Source: Podarcis vaucheri | Taxonomy: Eukaryota | Reading direction: 5' to 3' (one strand) | Assembly: GCA_965113315.1 (NCBI GenBank) | Contig: OZ220365.1 | Length of the DNA stretch: 64,000 nt | The notes under the pieces: generated by a model | The model's input: the letters and a program-made list of their open reading frames with translations, nothing else | Database searches by the model: none | What the model was told of the DNA's origin: nothing | Position numbers and translations under genes: made by a program | Part shown: in pieces, positions 62,859 through 64,000 of the stretch | Position numbering within the stretch: position 1 is the first letter of the stretch | Layout of the letters: each line of letters opens with the position of its first letter

Positions 62859-64000
62859 AATGGAGGGGGTACTTGGATACATAATTAGGTTGTTGTTAAA
62901 TAAAAGCAACATGAACTTAACTTCAACTGTATCCTAGCACTAGCCATTTCATCAGGCTGTAGCAGAGGGAGGGAATGGAAACAATGCCATCCTATTGGCT
63001 CTGCTAAGGGACTAGACGCCTTTGCTTTTCCTGTTGAACTCATCCTTAGAAAAGAATTGTTTCCTGAATGTGCATAGATACTATGCAGCTCTGTAGAATT
63101 TGCAGCTCCGTAGGCAGCAATATTTTGTCCTTGAAAAGGTCAAGGAACTTACTTTAGGGTGAAAACAGTCATAATATAAATAGAGGATTCAAAGTGCATA
63201 TACTTCATCTGTGCTGCAAGCCCAGCCGAGCTAGCAGACCGTAGTAGCATGCATAAAAAATGAAACAATAAATGAGAATTCTGAAAAACCAACAGCAATT
63301 CCATCAGCATCGCAAGTAAACACATGGGGAAGGAAACATTTAAGGTAAGCCTAACTTCAGACAGAAATTAAGGCTTAACTATCACAAACTGCAAACGAGG
63401 TAACCCAATGACTTACTATAAACACATGCTTACGAATGCATCATGCAAGTACAGTAATCAAGCAGCCATCATTGGGTATATATTCAGTGACAAACCCAGG
63501 TTTGCCCCTGAGTGCTGTGCAAAAGAGTCTTCTGCCAACATGCGTTGTTCTCTCATAACTGAAACTTGATAGCCTCAAGTGGATATGCTACTGCTGTTTA
63601 CTGACATTTGAAGATATCCACTGCACTTTAGTTTTCTTTGCAAGAAACTACATTGTGTCCTTGGTAACCAATAACGTACATGAAGACGCTGTAGCAAATC
63701 ATTTAAGGAAATTAAGAGGAAGCACAATTATCCCAGGAATAATATAACGGTAATAATGGTGTTATGACCACATACATTAATAAAATCAGGAGATCCATAT
63801 GACCTACACCAAAGAAGAAAATATTTTGCATTAAACTCACATTGTTATTGAGCATAACAAAGAATAAATGAAATACACTGTGGGAGATAAGCTAGCTCCC
63901 AAATAAAGGAAACAGCCTCAAGAGTTTCATCAAAACAGCTATTTTCTATTACTTTAACCTAGATAGTGTTTGGATTACTTAACTGGAGGATGTGCATGTT

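Overview
Vertebrate genomic DNA, almost certainly from a squamate and probably a lacertid lizard (seven Sauria SINEs with (ACCTTT)n tails, Bov-B, squamate-type L1/L2 LINEs). The only host coding sequence I can support is one 113-bp internal exon on the minus strand (38938-39050, AG/GT flanked) encoding the end of the first CUB domain of CSMD1, so the window is read as two large CSMD1 introns. The rest is a dense transposon record: an L1 with intact ORF1 and ORF2 start at the left edge, a TSD-flanked internally deleted L1, a decayed Ty1/Copia fragment, a betaretrovirus-like ERV (LTR, tRNA-Met PBS, compressed gag), an 857-bp SGNH-hydrolase-bearing Ngaro/DIRS-like element sitting in the centre of a palindromic site, a 2.7-kb L2, many hAT and Tc1/mariner MITEs (two carrying retroelement pieces), a U2 snRNA 5' fragment, microsatellites and a 144-N gap. 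Most entries in the ORF track are chance or antisense ORFs. I found no wholly new multi-gene system and no CRISPR array. The best leads are unusual element architectures and a Trp-to-Cys change in CSMD1. Family assignments rest on motif recognition from memory, not on database searches.
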